NCBI GenBank assembly: GCA_018266105.1 | Contig: JAFEBA010000042.1 | Span: 22,216-86,215 of the forward strand | Reading direction: 5' to 3' | Origin: a bacterium | GTDB taxonomy: Bacteria > Vulcanimicrobiota > Xenobia > Xenobiales > JADMJV01 | Length of the DNA: 64,000 nucleotides | Part shown: piece after piece, positions 36,955 to 47,894 of the stretch | How positions within the stretch are numbered: the stretch's first letter is position 1 | Layout: every line of letters begins with the position of its first letter | Program-made: the position numbers and the translations under genes | Notes under the pieces: model-generated | What the model saw: only the letters and a program-made list of their open reading frames with translations | Told to the model about the DNA's origin: nothing | The model's database searches: none

Positions 36955-37464
36955 ATGTTCCACTACCTGACCAGACTGCTGCTGGCAACCTGTCTGACCA
37001 CCGCGGTCTGGGCCCAACAAACGGTCGACTTCCCATTTTTTCCAAACCAACCGCCGCTAAAGATTGATTTGCCTGAAGGCTACTCTCTACGCTCGATTGA
37101 AGGGATCAAAGAAGATGTGTACATCTTCTGTCCTTGGAACGAGTATTTTTCGATTCACCCTTTTCGCTACAAACGCGAACGGAAAACACCGGTCACCGAT
37201 GAGGCGGCCATGACAGTCGAGCTGGAAGACTTTTCCAAAGCCAATCCGACCATCGGATTTGGGAAACCCAAAGTCTGGATGACCCCCCAGGGTCCGCGCG
37301 GCTCGATGGAAACCTCAGTGGGCGAAAAGGCTGAGCAGATTGTAGGAGTCTACCTTTTCGTGCCCCGGGGCGACGAACTTTCGGTGCTGACCACCATGGG
37401 TGCCGCCACTTCCCTCAATGACCAGAGACTGGTCCACCAGATATTCCTCAAAGCCATCAAGTAA
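36955..37464 (+). CDS. secreted hypothetical protein
   Basis: Signal peptide MFHYLTRLLLATCLTTAVWAQQ. 169 aa, no motif. Confidence 0.55.
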   Translation: MFHYLTRLLLATCLTTAVWAQQTVDFPFFPNQPPLKIDLPEGYSLRSIEGIKEDVYIFCPWNEYFSIHPFRYKRERKTPVTDEAAMTVELEDFSKANPTIGFGKPKVWMTPQGPRGSMETSVGEKAEQIVGVYLFVPRGDELSVLTTMGAATSLNDQRLVHQIFLKAIK

Positions 37465-37473
37465 GGCTCGAGG

Positions 37474-38139
37474 TCAGGAGGTTTGGCTGGCGGCGCGACC
37501 CTGCTCGCCCCGAACCAGCGGCGTCAGGCGAACAATCGGGTTGGAGTGAACCTCGAGCCGACGCAAATGCGCAAATGCATCCGCAGAACGAAGATTTTGA
37601 AAAGCCAATGTGCACAGCGGACAAAGCGTATGCGAAACCACGCTGGGACTGAAGATGAGCATTCCCGCCAGTTGCTCGGCCTCCTCGGAATAGAGCCAGC
37701 GCAGCCTGGCCCCATCCATGACCCCGTTACACCAGGAACAGAGCTGAACCGGACGAGCCAGAGGCGCGCATTTGCGATTCTTCGAGAGCCTTGGGCAGCT
37801 TTCGACCTGAGTGTAGGTAACCCACAGGCCCGTGTCCTCGCTGTGTGCCTCGACCTCCCAAAATCGAAGCTCGCGCGGCGAGTCGCAACGATAAGGCAAC
37901 CGGCCCGGGAGGGCACGCGAACCCTCCAGAAAGTCAGCCAGGAATCCCTTTAGGGCTTCCCCTTGAACAAAACTCAGGAGCGGGCGGCCCAGCACTTCGC
38001 CACCATTCAACCGTCCGCCGTTGGCAAAGGCAAAGGGCTTATAGGTATCGCTGACTGCGATGATGACCCCGTCCGGGTCCAGGCAGTGGCTCAGACTTGT
38101 CAGTTCCACCTTCAATTTATCGACAATCCGGCCCAACAC
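37474..38139 (-). CDS. hypothetical protein, PAS-like N-terminal half and Cys-rich C-terminal half
   Basis: LDPDGVIIAVSDTYKPFAFANGG...GRPLLSFV resembles a PAS core. CSWCNG ... CPLC forms a CxxC...CxxC pair. Divergent from the hybrid kinase gene. Confidence 0.5.
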   Translation of the reverse strand: MLGRIVDKLKVELTSLSHCLDPDGVIIAVSDTYKPFAFANGGRLNGGEVLGRPLLSFVQGEALKGFLADFLEGSRALPGRLPYRCDSPRELRFWEVEAHSEDTGLWVTYTQVESCPRLSKNRKCAPLARPVQLCSWCNGVMDGARLRWLYSEEAEQLAGMLIFSPSVVSHTLCPLCTLAFQNLRSADAFAHLRRLEVHSNPIVRLTPLVRGEQGRAASQTS

Positions 38140-38191
38140 TTAAGCTCTGGCCGCGACAGGCTTTCTGGCCCCTTTTGACGCATGAATCGGT

Positions 38192-40078
38192 ATGTCCATG
38201 CCTCTTCCCTCCAGAAAGTTCCTGCGGGGATTCCTGGCCATCGCCGCCTTCTTCTGGGGCTCGTTTGCGCTCCTCAATAGCTGGTCTGGCTCCAGCATCG
38301 GAGCCTACCAATTCATTGCAAGTCTTCTGACAGGACTGATCTGGTTGGCACAACCCCATATTTCGATTAATCGGTCGGCCCATCTGGCGCTGCTTTCGCA
38401 GTTTTTGTTCGTTATTCTGAATGCCGCAGTCACCGGAGCAACACGCTCGGCCATCGTGTGGGTCCTGGTGCTTTTTCCCCATCTTGGCGGCTTATTGCTG
38501 GGGCGGCGTGGCTCACAGTCATACGCTGCCCTCAGCTTGCTGGGAGTTTGGGTCCTCTTTTTCATCCGCGGTCAACACATTCCCCAGTTGCTGGCTCCCA
38601 ATGACCTGCGCTTTGTTCTCAACCAGACGGTTCTCTTGTTGCTGCTCTGGTATCTAACCGGGGCCCAAACCAGTGCTCTGGCCAGTCAGATCGCCCCTTT
38701 TCACCAACGCGAGCAAGAGCTCAGCAAGGCGCGCGATGAGGCGGTCGTCGCCATGCAAGCGAAATCTCGCTTTCTGGCCACCATGAGTCACGAAATTCGC
38801 ACCCCGCTGAACGGGATTGTGGCCTTGCCAAAGATGCTCCTGCGGGCCGGGGAGGGCAAGGAAAAGCAGGAACTGCTGGAAATCCTGGAGTCCAGTTCGC
38901 TCCACCTGCTGGGCATCGTCAACGACATTCTAGACTTCTCTCGGTTGGAGTCAGGCGCCCTACCGGTGAGAAAAGACCCGGTGGATTTGGTCGAGCTGGT
39001 CGAGTCGGTCTTGCAGTCAAGCTCCTCTCTCCCGGGAGCGAGCGGCCTGGAATTGACCGCCAGTTTCGAGCTCGGCAGCCCCCGACGCGTTTGCGCGGAT
39101 GCCCAGAAGCTGGAGCAAATTCTGCGCAACCTGGTCAGCAATGCCGTCAAGTTCTCGGCGCAAGGTCGAGTCGTGATCCGCTGCTGTCCGGGTGAGACGG
39201 ATGAGTTGTTGCTCCAGGTCGAAGATAGCGGGCCCGGGATCGCCACGGAAAACCGTGAGCGGGTCTTTGAACCCTTCGAACAGCTGGCCGACCCGGTTCG
39301 GCGCGAAATGGGAGGCACAGGCCTGGGACTGGCGATCTGCCAGGGCCTGGCCGGAGCCATGGGCGGAGAAGTCACCCTCGAGAGTGCTCTCGGGGTTGGC
39401 TCCACCTTCAGCCTACGTTTACCGGCTCAAGTTCTGGAACGCCAGCCCGAAGTAACGGCTCCCATTGAAGGGATGGTGGGAATTCAGGCCATCGGCTTCC
39501 CCCCAGACTCCTTCCGCCGTCTGCAACAACTGGCGGGAGAGAAAGGCTGGACGGTTCAGACCCAGCCTGGGATCCGCCCCATCCATTATCGTCCCGGCCA
39601 CGACAGTTCCTTGAGGCTACCCGTGACGCGACGCAACTTCCTGCGCTGGTTGGGAGACGAGACCCCCTCATTGACTCAGGACAAGTTGCGGAAACTGGGT
39701 CGTAGCCTGAAAGTTCTGGTCGTGGATGACAACTTCATCAACCGTCAGGTCACCCAGAGTCTGCTGGTGGCCCAGGGCTGCCAGGTTGAACTGGCCTGCA
39801 ACGGCGAAGAAGCTCTCGATCGAATCGAACAAACCGAATACCAGCTGATTCTAATGGACCTTCATATGCCGGTGATGGACGGATTGGCCGCCACCCGCGA
39901 AATTCGTCAGCGCGGCCTGACCCTACCGGTGGTGGCCTTTACCGCCGATATCTTCCCGGAAGCTCGAGAGGAAGCTTTGCAAGCGGGGGCCAGCGAGTTA
40001 CTTTACAAGCCGCTGCAGGCAAAACACCTGGCCGATCTGTTAGAACGACTCTGCTCCAATCCCGAGACAAAAAAATAG
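38192..40078 (+). CDS. hybrid sensor histidine kinase / response regulator
   Basis: About 6 N-terminal TM helices. H-box [11 protein letters not shown]. ATPase boxes [25 protein letters not shown]-terminal receiver [11 protein letters not shown]...[13 protein letters not shown]. Confidence 0.9.
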   Translation: MSMPLPSRKFLRGFLAIAAFFWGSFALLNSWSGSSIGAYQFIASLLTGLIWLAQPHISINRSAHLALLSQFLFVILNAAVTGATRSAIVWVLVLFPHLGGLLLGRRGSQSYAALSLLGVWVLFFIRGQHIPQLLAPNDLRFVLNQTVLLLLLWYLTGAQTSALASQIAPFHQREQELSKARDEAVVAMQAKSRFLATMSHEIRTPLNGIVALPKMLLRAGEGKEKQELLEILESSSLHLLGIVNDILDFSRLESGALPVRKDPVDLVELVESVLQSSSSLPGASGLELTASFELGSPRRVCADAQKLEQILRNLVSNAVKFSAQGRVVIRCCPGETDELLLQVEDSGPGIATENRERVFEPFEQLADPVRREMGGTGLGLAICQGLAGAMGGEVTLESALGVGSTFSLRLPAQVLERQPEVTAPIEGMVGIQAIGFPPDSFRRLQQLAGEKGWTVQTQPGIRPIHYRPGHDSSLRLPVTRRNFLRWLGDETPSLTQDKLRKLGRSLKVLVVDDNFINRQVTQSLLVAQGCQVELACNGEEALDRIEQTEYQLILMDLHMPVMDGLAATREIRQRGLTLPVVAFTADIFPEAREEALQAGASELLYKPLQAKHLADLLERLCSNPETKK

Positions 40079-40099
40079 GCCCCGCAAAGCTTGCGGGGC
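40079..40099. terminator. hairpin directly after the kinase stop, flanked by an A-run (a T-run on the minus strand)
   Basis: AAAAAATAG-GCCCCGCAA-agc-TTGCGGGGC. Read on the minus strand it is followed by TATTTTTTT. Confidence 0.6.
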
Positions 40100-40221
40100 T
40101 CTCTGAGTCGCTCCATTGAATACCGGATGTCTGATTCTTAGTTTAAGGGCGGCAGGTGATGAAAAGGTGGTAAGTGGAGCGGAACTGTAACCGGGGTGTA
40201 AACAATCTGTGCCGGTTGGTC

Positions 40222-41316
40222 CTAGCCAGAGACGCGCTTCTTTCGCGACAACTGCCGCTTGCGCCACCACAAATAAGCACCACTGAGCGCCAGCAGCGGA
40301 AAAGCCAGACCCGATAAGCACGCCAGAATCCTGCCCGGCTCTCCCAGTAAACTCCCGTTGTGCAGGGGAAACACGTGAGCCAGCATCAGGTCACCAGAAC
40401 TGCCGCGCGCAGGCGATTTCTCCTGGACCACCTGCATCGTCCAGGGATCGACCCACAACTGAGTGACACCGCCCACAGTGCCGTGATAACTGGCAGGACG
40501 CATGGCCACTCGCCAGGTGTTCAGTTTGGGAGTCGGGAGACCCAGTACCAGCGGAACGTCATCCGGACGATAGATCCGCGCCGCCTCCAAAATAGCGTCC
40601 GGATCCTCGGCCGGCGCCGGCAGATCGTGCTGGCAGGACATGGGCTTCACTTCGGCCTGGCACAAAGGCCCGAGGCAAGTGCGCGTCGCCTTCGGGAAGA
40701 CGAGAGCTGTGCCGCTGACGGCCAGGCTGAACAGCACCAGACAGACCCAGAAACCAACGGCATTGTGGGTATCCCAGGTGGTACGAAACAGATTCTGGCC
40801 TCGGCGGATGCTCAGAGCCTTGCGCGGAAACCATAACCAGAGTCCGGAAAGAGCGCTCAGGGCCAGAGCGATTCCGACCACGCCAACCAGTTCCTCTCCC
40901 CAATAAGGTTTCAGCAGAAGGTCCTGATGCAGCCTGTAGAGGGTCGGCATCAGGGCATTGGTCTGGTCCCGTTGCCCAAGAATCTGACCGGTCACCGGGT
41001 CGACTGAAGTCCTGAAGACGAGCTTGCCATGACGTTGGTGGACCAGCACCACCGGCCAGTAGGAGTCCGGCAGGATGATGGAGATGACCGGGCTGTTGTC
41101 AAACTGGCGGACCCTGTCCAGGATCACCTTCAACGGCAAGGGTTGGCCAGAGGGACTCAGAGGCTTAAAAAACTGGGGGTTGAGGAATCTGTCGATTTCA
41201 CGGTGGTAAACGTTGAGGCTGCCGGTTAGTCCAATGGGAATCGAGAAGACCAGCAAAAAGAGGCCCAGATAACGATGCAGCTTCAGCCACCATTGACGAA
41301 GTTTCTGGCGTGACAC
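40222..41316 (-). CDS. PepSY-associated TM helix domain protein (PiuB-like)
   Basis: LRQWWLKLHRYLGLFLLVF start typical of PepSY_TM proteins. Four TM helices and a C-terminal LHNGSLLG...LSGAYLWWRKR. Confidence 0.8.
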   Translation of the reverse strand: MSRQKLRQWWLKLHRYLGLFLLVFSIPIGLTGSLNVYHREIDRFLNPQFFKPLSPSGQPLPLKVILDRVRQFDNSPVISIILPDSYWPVVLVHQRHGKLVFRTSVDPVTGQILGQRDQTNALMPTLYRLHQDLLLKPYWGEELVGVVGIALALSALSGLWLWFPRKALSIRRGQNLFRTTWDTHNAVGFWVCLVLFSLAVSGTALVFPKATRTCLGPLCQAEVKPMSCQHDLPAPAEDPDAILEAARIYRPDDVPLVLGLPTPKLNTWRVAMRPASYHGTVGGVTQLWVDPWTMQVVQEKSPARGSSGDLMLAHVFPLHNGSLLGEPGRILACLSGLAFPLLALSGAYLWWRKRQLSRKKRVSG

Positions 41317-41490
41317 TTCCTGGCCTTGTATACCGAAACCCCGTCATGGTCAAGAGCCGCAGCGTCGATGCAAGTTGCTCTGAGCGTACCGGACGAAGCG
41401 GACCTCCGTCCCTTTCCGAACCGACAGCTCCGAAGTTAACCTTGGAAAAATCGGCTACCAGGACGGTAGCCAGGAAGAGAGGATTCTCTG

Positions 41491-41775
41491 ATGCCGACAT
41501 CCTGGTGGAACGATGAATACGATAGCTCCTGGGAACGGGCCAAAGACGACTTTCGACATGACTGGCAACAGACCAAACACGATCTTGGGGGCGACCAGGG
41601 AGCCTTCGATCTCAACGAGTCCGCCCTGCGCTTCGGCCACGGAGCACGGCTCCATTACGGGACTCGCAAATGGGATGATGCTTTTGCCCAGGAAGTATCC
41701 AAGGAGTACGAGGGGGATTGGGAGCGCGATCAGGCCCTGGTCAAATACTCCTACGACCGCACCACCCGCGAGTAG
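41491..41775 (+). CDS. small Trp/Asp/Glu-rich hypothetical protein (94 aa)
   Basis: ATG ORF followed by a strong terminator. Sequence WWNDEYDSSWERAKDDFRHDWQQTKHDL. Confidence 0.5.
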   Translation: MPTSWWNDEYDSSWERAKDDFRHDWQQTKHDLGGDQGAFDLNESALRFGHGARLHYGTRKWDDAFAQEVSKEYEGDWERDQALVKYSYDRTTRE

Positions 41776-41842
41776 AAGCCTGGCCGAGTAGCCGGCACCT
41801 CTGCGGGGGAGTTTCCGGCCAGGCTCCTGGATCCCTCGAAGA

Positions 41843-41880
41843 AACAAGCGGCGCCAGCTGGTCAGCTGGCGCCGCTTGTT
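41843..41880. terminator. bidirectional rho-independent terminator
   Basis: Perfect long hairpin AACAAGCGGCGCCAGC-(loop)-GCTGGCGCCGCTTGTT, flanked by GAAGAAA upstream and TGTTT downstream, between convergent genes. Confidence 0.8.
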
Positions 41881-41892
41881 TGTTTCCTGCGG

Positions 41893-42195
41893 TCAGGCCT
41901 GGAGCGACTGCGCTTTTTCCAGGCGTGCCCGTGCAAAGCCATACTCGATGGCCATTCGAATATTGTAGTAAACAAAAGGATACTCACCCTTCCAGTGAGC
42001 CTTACAATATTCACCGAGCTCAGGCAGATTGGTGGGGTTGAAATGCGGGTTCTCGGCCAGCTCCATTCCAAACAAGTAAGCGGGCAGAAAGTCTTCGAAA
42101 CGAGTTCCTTCCCAAAGCGGGCCCATGAAGCGCTCCCGGGCATCATTGCGCAAATCGGTTTCCACCTTGGGGTTGAGTAGTTGACTGCTTTCCAT
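41893..42195 (-). CDS. small hypothetical protein (100 aa)
   Basis: Start set at MESSQLLNP within ORF 41893..42267. Followed by the shared terminator. Confidence 0.5.
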   Translation of the reverse strand: MESSQLLNPKVETDLRNDARERFMGPLWEGTRFEDFLPAYLFGMELAENPHFNPTNLPELGEYCKAHWKGEYPFVYYNIRMAIEYGFARARLEKAQSLQA

Positions 42196-42349
42196 CGAGC
42201 CAGTGCTCCTTCGTACAAAATGACCCTTGAAGCTTATCTCGCCAGGCCTCGCCAGTGTGCCCCGCAATGTCCTTGACCGGCGGGATCTGCATACCTCGGG
42301 ATCGGGGTCACTTGGGATAAAGGCTGGCGCACTTTAGTCTGAGAACAGG

Positions 42350-43531
42350 ATGATTTTCCTCTCCCAACTTCTCTACCGCAAGCTCCCCGGTGGTGGCAAA
42401 ATTCAGGACTTTGCCTACGACCCGCTGGACGAAGATGACTATCCGAAGGTGCAGCGCGTCTTGCTCAACGATGGACAGTCGTATGGGTGGAACGGCCTGA
42501 ACACAGTCCCATCGGTCTGCTCTCACCCCCTTCCTGAAGACTGGGTCCTGCTGAGGCGCGATGTGCAGGACGGGATGATTCTGGACCTGAAAAATCGTTC
42601 CGGCACCCGAGCCAACGACCTTCTGCTGAACAATGACGGAGAAACATGGCGTATCGCGGGGGTCGACACCGGCCTGCGGGCACTCCTGAGGCGCCTGACG
42701 CGAGGCAGATTTGGTCGAGGCGGCTCGCGCAAGCACTGTCTGGACTGGAAATACGTCGAATTTCTGCGCGGGCTTCCGCAGCTGGTGCCCGAAGAGCCGG
42801 CTTACCAGGGTAAAATCAGGCGCCTTCCGGCGGGAGATATCGCCGCCCTAACAGACGTGGTGTCATATCTGCATGCAGCCGAACTGCTCATGCTGCTGGA
42901 TGAATGCACGGCCACCTCGGTCTTTCAGAGTCTGCAGCCTCAGCGCCAGGTACAAATCCTGGGCGAACTCAGTTCGCGACGCCAGGGCGCTATCCTGAAC
43001 CTGATGTCACCGGACCTGGCCTGCGAGCTCCTGTCCCGATTGGGCGTCCAGGAGAGCGAACGGCTGCTCCCGGGGGTAGAATCTGAGCAGCGGGAACGGC
43101 TACTCGAGCTACTCCGCTACCCAGCCCACCTGGCCTCGGGACGCATGACCAACGACCTGCTCACCCTGCCTTGCGACGCAACCGTAGCCCAGGCCCGCCA
43201 GGCTTTCGCCCAACGAACGCCCCGATTCAATCATTACGTTTACCTGGTCAACCAGAGAGGCGAGCTGACCGGCATGCTGACCAGCGCCCAACTGATTGGG
43301 GCGGAGAAAATGGACCAACCTCTCAACGAACTGGCCACGAGCTATGTCAACGCCATCCCAGCCGACCAGTCAGCCCGCCTGGCTGCCTACGAGGTGCTTC
43401 GCAGCCAACTGCCAGCCCTGCCGGTGGTGGGCAACAAGGGAGAACTGCTGGGAGCGCTGACCGTAGACCTGGCCATGGACACGGTCCTGCCTCCTGCACT
43501 CGGCAGCCAGATGCCCAGGATCTTCGCCTGA
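42350..43531 (+). CDS. soluble MgtE-N-like plus CBS-pair protein (no transporter domain)
   Basis: LHAAELLMLLDECTATSVFQSLQPQRQVQILGELS...LMSPDLACELLSRL resembles the MgtE N-domain. Then a CBS pair (MTNDLLTLPCDATVAQA...YVYLVNQRGELTGMLT; LPALPVVGNKGELLGALT). No TM helices. Confidence 0.7.
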   Translation: MIFLSQLLYRKLPGGGKIQDFAYDPLDEDDYPKVQRVLLNDGQSYGWNGLNTVPSVCSHPLPEDWVLLRRDVQDGMILDLKNRSGTRANDLLLNNDGETWRIAGVDTGLRALLRRLTRGRFGRGGSRKHCLDWKYVEFLRGLPQLVPEEPAYQGKIRRLPAGDIAALTDVVSYLHAAELLMLLDECTATSVFQSLQPQRQVQILGELSSRRQGAILNLMSPDLACELLSRLGVQESERLLPGVESEQRERLLELLRYPAHLASGRMTNDLLTLPCDATVAQARQAFAQRTPRFNHYVYLVNQRGELTGMLTSAQLIGAEKMDQPLNELATSYVNAIPADQSARLAAYEVLRSQLPALPVVGNKGELLGALTVDLAMDTVLPPALGSQMPRIFA

Positions 43532-43583
43532 AACAAAATCCTTAGTGAGGAATCATCTCTTATCCAGGTTGTCCGACCCGCCC

Positions 43584-44615
43584 TTATGGCTTATAAAGCT
43601 GATATTTTTCCTGAGCCAATCGACCCAACCCCGCCAGTCGATCCAGCCAGGCCGGCATCTGACCGGCCAGCTGGCTGCCTTCGATGCTGGCGTTGGGTCC
43701 GGGGGGAGCTCCAGGAAGTTGAGAGTTCACGATAGCCAACAGCTGATTCACCAGCCCGGGCATCAGTTCGTGAGCTCGCGCCGCCAGGCGTGCGCCGACC
43801 GTCAGTCGGGCTTCGGCCCGATCGGCGGCCAGCGCCCATAGCAACTGGCGCGCCGCCCGGCGCGCGCTCATGGCCAGGCCGGGCAAATTGTCGGAAAGGG
43901 TGAACCAGGCGTATTCCTCAGCCTGATGACCCCGAAAGAGAGCATTGTCAAATGAGCCCGTCCTCATCAAACCAGGGACCGCAGTCAGAACGCGGATGTT
44001 TCGACCTCGGGTTTCCTGTCGAACCCCTTCGGAAAATGCCACCGCCGCTGCCTTGGCACAACAGTAAGGCAGCAGGTGGGGCACCGTGATGCGCCCCCCG
44101 ATCGAGGTCACGTTGAGAATGCTCCCACCGCGCTCGAGCATGTCCGGCAATGCCCCCAGTACGGTATAGACGTGCGCATAGAACATCGACTCCATGCAGC
44201 GAGTAAAATCCCCGACCTGCATAGACATCAACGGTCCCACAACAATCGTACCAGCATTGTTGATCAAAATATCGATGGGGCCAAAGTGGTCACGCGCGCT
44301 GCGCAGCATCGCTTCGACTTCTTCCTGACGGGAAACATCGCAGACCACGGGAAGCACCGGGACGCCGAACTCTCTGAGCTCAGCGGCCGCGCCCTCCAGT
44401 TCTTCAACCTCTCGGGCGCACAGAATCAGCTTACAGCCTGCCTGAGCCAGCTCCCGCGCCAGCGCCAGGCCCAGACCGCGGGTAGCGCCCGTGATCAAGG
44501 CCGTTTTTGAGCGCAACACGGCGGGCAGAGCCTGACGCGACCGCCAACGGTCCAAGCCCCAAATCATAGCGGCCAGCCCGGTCGCCGCGCACAGAGCCTT
44601 GCTTGCCGATGTCAT
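43584..44615 (-). CDS. SDR family oxidoreductase with N-terminal membrane anchor
   Basis: TGATRGLG (TGxxxGxG), NNAG, YCCAK (YxxxK). Confidence 0.9.
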   Translation of the reverse strand: MTSASKALCAATGLAAMIWGLDRWRSRQALPAVLRSKTALITGATRGLGLALARELAQAGCKLILCAREVEELEGAAAELREFGVPVLPVVCDVSRQEEVEAMLRSARDHFGPIDILINNAGTIVVGPLMSMQVGDFTRCMESMFYAHVYTVLGALPDMLERGGSILNVTSIGGRITVPHLLPYCCAKAAAVAFSEGVRQETRGRNIRVLTAVPGLMRTGSFDNALFRGHQAEEYAWFTLSDNLPGLAMSARRAARQLLWALAADRAEARLTVGARLAARAHELMPGLVNQLLAIVNSQLPGAPPGPNASIEGSQLAGQMPAWLDRLAGLGRLAQEKYQLYKP

Positions 44616-44800
44616 CGTTGCCGGCCCTGCCTGGGCTTCTCCTGGTCAGAGGTGGAGCCCATATCCAGCTGCTGATTGCTGGCCCCGCGGACCTCCAGAG
44701 CCTCCCGGTTCAGGTCATCGCTGGTATGAGGAATCCGATCCTCGGGGCGCTCGTAGTTCACCTCCGGCGGACGCCGGAACACATCTTGATCCATGACCAA
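44612..44800 (-). CDS. possible small ORF (62 aa) coupled to the SDR gene
   Basis: Its stop overlaps the SDR ATG (ATGA). Acidic/polar, no motif. It could be non-coding leader sequence. Confidence 0.3.
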   Translation of the reverse strand: MVMDQDVFRRPPEVNYERPEDRIPHTSDDLNREALEVRGASNQQLDMGSTSDQEKPRQGRQR

Positions 44801-44868
44801 ATTCTCCTCTGCGTGTACCTTCCAGGCTCAAATCGACCCTGGTCGTGTTTAGAACAACTTGAACATAG

Positions 44869-44896
44869 AGCGGGAGGCGTTGTCCGGCCTCCCGCT
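44869..44896 (-). terminator. hairpin downstream of the MASE1/CHASE kinase gene
   Basis: AGCGGGAGGC-(8 nt)-GCCTCCCGCT, about 55 nt after the stop at 44951. Confidence 0.55.
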
Positions 44897-44950
44897 GGCG
44901 TCATCAGGTTTTAGGACTCCAGTCCTGAACGCGACGGAGGCCTGTGTGGC

Positions 44951-47719
44951 TCAGGAGGCGTTGGCCAACCAGCTGACCAGAGTTTGACGCAAAGCCTCGT
45001 TGGAGATCGGTTTGCTGAGATAGTCGTTCATTCCGGCCTCCAAACAGTTCTGACGCTCACCCTTCATCGCGTGAGCGGTTAAAGCGATAATTGGAACCGT
45101 GGGGTTCTGACTCCGGATGCGGCGGGTGGCCTCATAGCCGTCCATTTCGGGCATCTGGCAGTCCATCAGAATGACGTCGTAGTGTAGATGATTCGCCATC
45201 TCCAGAGCCTCGCGTCCATTCGCGACGACGTCTACCTGCGCACCCATTTTCTTAAGCAAGTGAGTGGCCACCTTCTGATTAACCACGTTATCTTCAGCCA
45301 GAAGTACACGAAAGCCAGCGCAAGGGAGTTCGCCGCCGGCCTCGGGCAACTGAACCGAAGCGGGCCGGGCAGTCAGATGCAAAGGCACCTGAAACCAGAA
45401 GGTTGAACCTGCACCGATCTCGCTTTCCACACCGATGGTGCCCTTCATCATTTCCACCAGACTCTTGCAAATTGCCAATCCCAGTCCGGTTCCGCCAAAG
45501 ATGCGCGTGGTGGAGCTGTCCTCTTGAGAGAACTTCTCAAAGAGCAGGGGCACTTTGTCGGCAGCAATTCCCTTACCGGTGTCGTGCACCTCAAAGCGGA
45601 CCAGCCGGGTGTGTTCGAAGGTCTGCACGACTGTCGTGGTCAGCTCTACCCGCCCGCGCTCGGTAAACTTGAAGGCGTTGGTCAACAGATTGAGCAGGAT
45701 CTGACGGAGCCTTCCGGGGTCTCCTTCGACCCAAGCAGGCAACTGAGGATCCAGTCGCATCTCAAACTTCAAGTCGCTCTGGCGGGCGCGGAAGCCCACC
45801 AACTCCGCCAGCTCGCCTAAAGCCCGGGGCAAGTCATAGGGAATCAGCTCGAACTCCAATTTGCCAGCTTCGATCTTGGACAGATCGAGAATGTCATTGA
45901 GCACCACCAGTAAGGATTCGGCGGATTTTTGCACGGTCTGAGCGTATTCGCGTTGAGCCGGACTGAGTTCCGTCTCTAACAAAAGCTGATTCATACCCAG
46001 AACACCGTTGAGAGGAGTGCGAATCTCATGGCTGGTGTTGGCCAAGAACTCGGATTTCAATCGAGAGGCCGTCAGGGCGTGCTGGCGGGCCTGCTCCAGC
46101 TCAAGGTTCTGGTGGTAGAGTTTGTCATTGCTTTCGCGCAGGGCCCGAGTGGCCGAATGAGCCACATCCAGGGCCTTGTAGCGCGTGCTGACCAGACTGG
46201 CCAGAAGGGCGCCCAGCAGGCTGGTGAGAGCCAATCCGAAAAAGAGTAGCAGGCTGGCCTGGTAGGCAAAGGGGCTGGAATGAAAGCCTGCAGTGGCGGC
46301 ATAAACGATGATCCAGCGCCGGCCTCCAAAGAGAAGTTCGTCCTGACGCTGAAGCTTGGGACCGTTCAGAATTCCATCCCGGGATGAGGAGTAAATCAGT
46401 TGTTTTGAGTTCAGGCCCTGGTCATAAACCGAGAAGCCGATCTCAGCCGTATCCGAGGGTAGAATATCCGAAAGCAGGGATCGTCCCACGAAGGGTGAGT
46501 AGACCCAACCTGTGAACTCCCCCGTGCTTTGATCCCAGACGGGCACCAGCAAGAGAAATCCGCTTCCCTGGAGGCGATCCTGCACCAGGCGGAGGATTCC
46601 GGTGACTCTAGAGGATCCAGAATCTCGAGCCGACTCGGCGGCAGACCGGCGCTCGGGTTCGGAGCCGATATCCAGCCCCAAGGCCTGACGATTCTGAGCC
46701 AGGGGTTCGATCAAACGCACCACGTAGGCCCCACGAACCGGGTCCGGCGGACCCAGACGGCGAATCTCGAATTCGGGAGCCACCGAACGGCGAGCCTCGG
46801 CCACAAACGAAGCTTCCTGTTCCGGCCTGACCCGAACGATTAGACCCAGTCCCCGCATTCCGGTGTAACGGCTTTCCACTCTGGCCGTGCGCATATAGTC
46901 GAGCCATTTTTGACGAGTCAGCCTGGGATTAATGCTCACCAGCCCGGCCGCTCCGTAGAGAGCGGCATCATAGCTTTGCAGACGAGCCTTAATCCTTCTC
47001 CCAGCTTCGTCCGCCAACTGGTTAAAGTGCCGGCTGTCATCGCCCCTGGTCTGGGCCCGCAGGATGGTCCAGCCCCAGACCGTTCCGACCAGGGACAGCA
47101 GCAACACGCCGAATGAGAAAGCGTGCCAGAGGTAGTCAGAGGAGAGTTCGGAATCGAGTTGGCCCCGCTGGCGGAACTGCATATAGGCGGTCAAGATGGT
47201 GCCGCCGATGACCAGCACGCCGCAGGAATCTCCAAACCACCAGGTCACCCAGAGGTTCAGGAAGTCCTGTGCGGGCGCCAGACCAACCAGGCAAAGCGAG
47301 CCTGCGCCAAAGCTTGCGGCCAGAACGCAAGCCAACGGACCGGCCTCGGTCAAGCCTTGCAGAAACTCGATCAACCGGAAAGGCTGATGGGGGAAGCCGG
47401 TCTTCTTACGGAAGGCTCGGGCTCCCAGCCAGGCTTGTAGAGATGAACCGGAGGCGATACAGGCGGAACAAAGGACTGAACCGACCTCAAGATCGCCCTG
47501 GCTACTATTGAAGAAATGCAGGTTGAAAGCGAATGACGCAGTCCAGATCGCTGGCCAGAATCGTTCGCCCAGGATGAGCAGGGCCGCCAGTCCGATACCG
47601 GCTGGAGGCCAGACCGGGGTCACGTTGCCGGGTGGAATGGCCATAGCCCGACTCAGGCCTGCGGCAAGCAAGTTGGTGACCAGAATCAGGACAAAGACCA
47701 GAATATCGCGTCGATTCAT
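44951..47719 (-). CDS. hybrid sensor histidine kinase (MASE1-like membrane domain, CHASE-like extracytoplasmic domain, HisKA-HATPase, receiver)
   Basis: [24 protein letters not shown] (MASE1-like). H-box [35 protein letters not shown]. Receiver [11 protein letters not shown]...[13 protein letters not shown]. Confidence 0.9.
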   Translation of the reverse strand: MNRRDILVFVLILVTNLLAAGLSRAMAIPPGNVTPVWPPAGIGLAALLILGERFWPAIWTASFAFNLHFFNSSQGDLEVGSVLCSACIASGSSLQAWLGARAFRKKTGFPHQPFRLIEFLQGLTEAGPLACVLAASFGAGSLCLVGLAPAQDFLNLWVTWWFGDSCGVLVIGGTILTAYMQFRQRGQLDSELSSDYLWHAFSFGVLLLSLVGTVWGWTILRAQTRGDDSRHFNQLADEAGRRIKARLQSYDAALYGAAGLVSINPRLTRQKWLDYMRTARVESRYTGMRGLGLIVRVRPEQEASFVAEARRSVAPEFEIRRLGPPDPVRGAYVVRLIEPLAQNRQALGLDIGSEPERRSAAESARDSGSSRVTGILRLVQDRLQGSGFLLLVPVWDQSTGEFTGWVYSPFVGRSLLSDILPSDTAEIGFSVYDQGLNSKQLIYSSSRDGILNGPKLQRQDELLFGGRRWIIVYAATAGFHSSPFAYQASLLLFFGLALTSLLGALLASLVSTRYKALDVAHSATRALRESNDKLYHQNLELEQARQHALTASRLKSEFLANTSHEIRTPLNGVLGMNQLLLETELSPAQREYAQTVQKSAESLLVVLNDILDLSKIEAGKLEFELIPYDLPRALGELAELVGFRARQSDLKFEMRLDPQLPAWVEGDPGRLRQILLNLLTNAFKFTERGRVELTTTVVQTFEHTRLVRFEVHDTGKGIAADKVPLLFEKFSQEDSSTTRIFGGTGLGLAICKSLVEMMKGTIGVESEIGAGSTFWFQVPLHLTARPASVQLPEAGGELPCAGFRVLLAEDNVVNQKVATHLLKKMGAQVDVVANGREALEMANHLHYDVILMDCQMPEMDGYEATRRIRSQNPTVPIIALTAHAMKGERQNCLEAGMNDYLSKPISNEALRQTLVSWLANAS

Positions 47720-47894
47720 CTCTCCCTGGTACTATCGTCTGATCAATCCCCAAGTTAAGTGTCTGCACCAAGCGGGTCGGGCAGCCAGGCCACCTCGAAC
47801 CAGGCGGTAAGCTGGACTTCCCTGAATACAAGCAAACATCGCGGTTTGGAGGTGATTTCAGAGTCTGTTCAGCCACTGAACCTAATCTCAGATC

